Shown here: piece by piece, positions 60,538 to 64,000 of the stretch
Layout of the letters: each line of letters begins with the position of its first letter
How positions within the stretch are numbered: position 1 is the first letter of the stretch
Assembly (NCBI GenBank): GCA_022709385.1
Contig: JAKLIX010000016.1
Span: forward strand, 8,926-72,925
Reading direction: 5' to 3'
DNA: 64,000 nucleotides
Source: Bacteroidota bacterium
GTDB lineage: Bacteria > Bacteroidota > Bacteroidia > Bacteroidales > CAIXZF01
Position numbers and translations under genes: made by a program
The notes under the pieces: generated by a model
Databases searched by the model: none
What the model was told of the DNA's origin: nothing
The model's input: the letters and a program-made list of their open reading frames with translations, nothing else

Positions 60538-62882
60538 CAGAAGTTGAAGTTGTAGGTGATGGATGGAATGATGCTGAACAGGTAGGTTTTTTCAGCATAG
60601 ATGAGATCCGGATTGTCAGGATCAGTTTCGAAGTTGATCGTCCAGGCATTTTTTCTGGCGTAGACGTTGTAAATGGAGAAATTCCACTCACCAAACCATT
60701 TTCTGCCTGTTTTTTCTTTGCTTCTGAGGCTCAGCGACACGTCAAGGCGGTGATAGGCGGGCATGCGGTATGCATTGCGGTCGGAATAAACCGGTACGAT
60801 CTTGTTGCCGATCACGGCCCTGCCGGTCGGGAAGGTGACAGGCTGCCCGGAAGCGTAAACCCAGTTTGCGCCGCAACTGGTCCGTTTACCCAGGGCATAG
60901 TTTACGACAACAGCCACATTATGCGGCCTGTCATATGGTGAACGGTAAGCAGCTCCGTCGTTGATCTCCGCGGTCTTCCTCATCGAACGGCTCAGGGTGT
61001 AGCTGATCCATCCGTTCAGCCTGTCCTTTTGGAGCCTGATGTAAAATTCCAGTCCGTATGATTCCGTTTCTCCGAAACGCAGCTCTCCTTCAAGTTCCGG
61101 ATTCAGCAGCAACTCCGCATGGTCTTTGAAATCAACGCTGTGGTGGTTCTTTTTATAATAAACCTCAGCAGAGGTTTCGAGTTGATTTGACAGGAAATTC
61201 CGGAAATAGCCGGCCGAAACCTGGTCTCCTTTCTGCGGTTTCACATTCGGACTCGACGGGAACCACACATCCAGCGGATTGCCGGAAGCGGAATTACTTG
61301 CCAGGTGTATGTATTGCAGGGTTCGCGAATAGGATGCCTTGAGCGAAGAAGTACTGTCGAGCATCCAGGTGAGTGCCAGCCGGGGTTCCATCCCTGCGTA
61401 ATGGTTAAAGACCTTCCCGGCCGGATATACCGTGGAATCAATGGTTTCATACTGCTCATCAAAACGGTAGACCACGCCTTTCCCCATATTCTGAAACAGG
61501 CTGAACCTGGCTCCATAGCGAATGCTCAGCCTCGGTATCAGTTGCTGTTCGTTTTGCAGGTAAACGGCATGTTCCAGGGCATAGCTTGCCGGCAGGATGA
61601 ACTCGTTGAAAAAAGTATTGTCGCCAATGCCTTTGGCCGATCCCGGAATAAAGGTATGCCAGGCGGAATGAAGACCGAAACGGATGGTGTTGCCGGGATT
61701 GGGGTAATAGCCGAAATCGGCCTTCAGGGCATAATCATCGAGCTGTGATACCCATTTGAAGGATTCGGCTTTGCCTTCCGGTATTCCAAGACCATAGTCA
61801 AAACGGCTGCTGATCAGGGTGAAATTGGAAAACAACTGTTGCGAGAACAGGTGGTTCCAGCGAAGCGTCAGGGTCTGGTTGCCCCAGTTCATCTTGAAAT
61901 CAGGGTTTTTAAAGATATCTCTTCCCAGGTAGGAGCTGATGAAAATCCTGTCTTTTTCCCCGATGTTGCAGTTGATCTTGGCGTTCAGGTCATAGAAATA
62001 CAGCGAATTGTCATTCAGGTCTTCGTCTTTCGACAGACGCAGGAAAAGATCGGCATAGGTCCTGCGGCCGGAAAGGATAAAGGATACCTTGTCCTTGTCG
62101 AGCGGTCCTTCCAGTGTCAGCCGGCTGGAGATGGTGCCGATACCGCCGGTGCCTGAGAATTTCTTGCTGTTGCCGTCCTTCATCCTGACATCCAGCAGTG
62201 AGGAAAGCCTTCCCCCCGCCGATGCCGGTATGTCTCCCTTATAAAGTTTCACATCTTTGATCGCATCATTGTTGAATACAGAGAAAAAGCCCATCAGGTG
62301 TGAGGCATTGTACACGGTGGCTTCGTCGAGCTGGATGAGGTTCTGGTCGGGGCTGCCTCCCCTGACGGAGAAACCGGAGGCGCCCTCACTGGTAGTCTGC
62401 ACTCCGGGAAGCAGCTGGATCGCTTTCAGTATGTCCACTTCTCCCATCAGTGCCGGAATCTGGCGTATCGTCCGTATATCCATCTTTACCACGCTGGTTT
62501 CCGTGCTCCGCACATTTTCGCTGCTTCGCGTACCGCTGACTACCACTTCTTTGAGCATTTGCTGCCTGAGCGCAAGCTCCACGCTGACCTGGAGGTTCTG
62601 ATTCAGGTCGATGTGCCGGGTAACACTCTCGTAACCGATAAAGGACCAGGTGATGCTGTACTTTCCCCCTGGCAGTGAAATCGAGTAAAAACCATACACA
62701 TTGGTGGTGGTACCGGTTTTCAGTTCCTGCACGAAAACGGTGGCCCCGAGCAGTTCCTCCCCGCTGCGGCTGTCTTTTACATAGCCGCTGATGGTGTATT
62801 TACGCGTGCCCTGGGCTTGCAGGGGAGAAAGGAAAGCGGGCAGCAGGAATAGGGTGATGCAGGCGATCAGTCTGGTAGTCAT
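60537..62882 (-). CDS. TonB-dependent receptor with an N-terminal carboxypeptidase-regulatory-like domain
   Basis: YTISGYVKDSRSGEELLGATVFV (CarboxypepD_reg), a plug domain, and a 22-strand barrel ending in ...SITYNFNF. Confidence 0.9.
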   Translation of the reverse strand: MTTRLIACITLFLLPAFLSPLQAQGTRKYTISGYVKDSRSGEELLGATVFVQELKTGTTTNVYGFYSISLPGGKYSITWSFIGYESVTRHIDLNQNLQVSVELALRQQMLKEVVVSGTRSSENVRSTETSVVKMDIRTIRQIPALMGEVDILKAIQLLPGVQTTSEGASGFSVRGGSPDQNLIQLDEATVYNASHLMGFFSVFNNDAIKDVKLYKGDIPASAGGRLSSLLDVRMKDGNSKKFSGTGGIGTISSRLTLEGPLDKDKVSFILSGRRTYADLFLRLSKDEDLNDNSLYFYDLNAKINCNIGEKDRIFISSYLGRDIFKNPDFKMNWGNQTLTLRWNHLFSQQLFSNFTLISSRFDYGLGIPEGKAESFKWVSQLDDYALKADFGYYPNPGNTIRFGLHSAWHTFIPGSAKGIGDNTFFNEFILPASYALEHAVYLQNEQQLIPRLSIRYGARFSLFQNMGKGVVYRFDEQYETIDSTVYPAGKVFNHYAGMEPRLALTWMLDSTSSLKASYSRTLQYIHLASNSASGNPLDVWFPSSPNVKPQKGDQVSAGYFRNFLSNQLETSAEVYYKKNHHSVDFKDHAELLLNPELEGELRFGETESYGLEFYIRLQKDRLNGWISYTLSRSMRKTAEINDGAAYRSPYDRPHNVAVVVNYALGKRTSCGANWVYASGQPVTFPTGRAVIGNKIVPVYSDRNAYRMPAYHRLDVSLSLRSKEKTGRKWFGEWNFSIYNVYARKNAWTINFETDPDNPDLIYAEKTYLFSIIPSITYNFNF

Positions 62883-62905
62883 TTTTGTGGATTGGAAGAA
62901 ATGCT

Positions 62906-63574
62906 TTATTGATTTTTGGTTTTAAAGCTGCCGAACAACAGGCTGATGTTGGCCAAAGGCCCGTTGAAATCTGCTTCCCGGTAGTATTGGTAGTAGTTTC
63001 CGCCGGTATGGAGAAAGCGTTTGTCAATGCCGCCCACAAAGCGGTAACCCAGTCCGAATGCCAGCCTGAACCACCTGGTGATGTTCAGCTCTGCTTCAGC
63101 TTTGGGAAGAAAAACGAAAACATTGTCCACTCCCAGATGATCCTCGATGTCCTGGTCATAATCATCATACAGGGATATGGCTCCCCAACCGATCATCCCT
63201 GTGAAACTCAGGTGGATTTTACTATTTGGGTCGGGTATATAACCAAAAAGGAAACCGCCGTGACCAAAGCCGACCAGGGGGTCCTTCAGGCAGCTCTGAG
63301 GGAGCGGTTCATCGTAGTAGTGTCTCGTAGTCAATCCAAGACCATAGCCTCCGAGGATAAAGCGCTGGTTGATGAGAATCCCGCCACCCCCCCCGGCAGA
63401 TACGGCGAATTCACCCCTGATGGAGGAAAATTCTGCCATGGGCCCTCCAAAACCGGAGATGCTCAGCGACTGGCCGCTCCCGAACAGGTATTGCATCTCA
63501 TTGCTTTCCTGCGCCCGGAGCAGGACACCGGAGTAAAGCAGTAAAAACAGAAATAATGGTTGCAGTGCTTTCAT
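62906..63574 (-). CDS. outer-membrane beta-barrel protein candidate (Gly-rich, alternating hydrophobic strands)
   Basis: Signal peptide MKALQPLFLFLLLYSGVLLRAQ from ATG 63574. Gly/aromatic-rich strand pattern with a terminal ...LLFGSF. Confidence 0.55.
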   Translation of the reverse strand: MKALQPLFLFLLLYSGVLLRAQESNEMQYLFGSGQSLSISGFGGPMAEFSSIRGEFAVSAGGGGGILINQRFILGGYGLGLTTRHYYDEPLPQSCLKDPLVGFGHGGFLFGYIPDPNSKIHLSFTGMIGWGAISLYDDYDQDIEDHLGVDNVFVFLPKAEAELNITRWFRLAFGLGYRFVGGIDKRFLHTGGNYYQYYREADFNGPLANISLLFGSFKTKNQ

Positions 63575-63668
63575 AATAACGGATTGAATGTGTAAAAATA
63601 ACACCAGACCTGATATGACCGGCGTTCTGATGTTATTTCTTAATTAATTATTATTTCCTGATTAATTC

Positions 63669-64000
63669 TTATTTCCCGACGATCACAAAAACCGTCCTGC
63701 GGTTTTTTGCCCTCCCCTCCTCACTGGTGTTGGGTGCTACCGCTTTGCTTTCACCGAATCCCTTGTACGATAACCTGCCGGCCGGAATACCCTTTTCCAC
63801 CAGGTAATCATTCACGGATTTCGCCCGGTTGTCAGATAGTTTCAGGTTATAATCGTCATTGCCCACATCGTCGGTATGTCCCTCGATAGACACTTTAATG
63901 TCCGGGTTTTCAATAAGGAATTCCCTGAAACCGTCGATCACGATCCTGGATTCTGCCGTCAGTTCGTAGGAATCTGTATTGAAGTACACGTCATTGAGTT
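63669..64000 (-). CDS. OmpA family protein, C-terminal peptidoglycan-binding domain (5' end beyond the window)
   Basis: VYFNTDSYEL...IEGHTDDVGNDDYNLKLSDNRA.SV..YL...G......GFGE..P.......GRAKNRR. The frame stays open to base 64000. Confidence 0.88.
   Translation of the reverse strand, partial: LNDVYFNTDSYELTAESRIVIDGFREFLIENPDIKVSIEGHTDDVGNDDYNLKLSDNRAKSVNDYLVEKGIPAGRLSYKGFGESKAVAPNTSEEGRAKNRRTVFVIVGK

Noticed and set aside
1-64000. Search for CRISPR arrays, tRNA/rRNA/tmRNA/RNase P, riboswitch-like leaders, and transposase or integrase genes
   Set aside because: No regularly spaced direct repeats were seen. No intergenic region is long or structured enough apart from 2527-3006, which lacks tRNA or RNase P signatures by eye. 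No ORF has transposase or integrase motifs. This is by-eye inspection only, so a covariance-model scan would be needed for certainty.

Overview
This is a tightly packed chromosomal segment that looks like a Bacteroidota genome. The evidence is TAnnTTTG-type -7 promoter boxes, several DUF1573 proteins, T9SS C-terminal sorting domains, and a CarboxypepD_reg-type TonB receptor paired with DUF4249. I call about 54 protein-coding genes. I found no rRNA, tRNA, CRISPR array, transposase, integrase or recognisable defence genes.

Most of the content is housekeeping: aminotransferase, lolE-like permease, cysH, mpl, recQ, 3-methyladenine glycosylase, ribH, fmt, two tandem HU genes, trmH, bTHX, algH, SUI1/yciH, pdxH and a tricorn-like protease.

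The parts I consider worth a second look, in rough order:
- (1) A stand-alone MurD-family ligase is translationally coupled to a PP-loop protein (28216-31019). I read this as a candidate MurD2/MurL alternative route to the D-Glu of peptidoglycan.
- (2) Three overlapping genes (44117-49876) encode a fibre-like protein, an AT-rich unknown protein, and a 1243-aa M23 peptidase with four PKD domains and a T9SS sorting domain. They sit inside a block of unknown exported proteins (41403-49876).
- (3) A 1561-aa exported protein combines TPR, PD40, about 1000 aa of coiled-coil/low-complexity sequence, and two SPOR domains (14402-19087).
- (4) A four-gene string encodes GT2, a SAM methyltransferase, an unknown membrane protein and a GT-C-like membrane protein (31721-35872).
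- (5) A citrate lyase locus has fused citD-citE plus citF but no citC/citG/citX nearby.
- (6) An LtaS-family transferase overlaps a DgkB-like lipid kinase.
- (7) A family of CACATAG/CTATGTG hairpin repeats and a composite repeat-rich 480-bp spacer.

All functional calls come from reading the translated ORFs for motifs and architectures. No database search was run.
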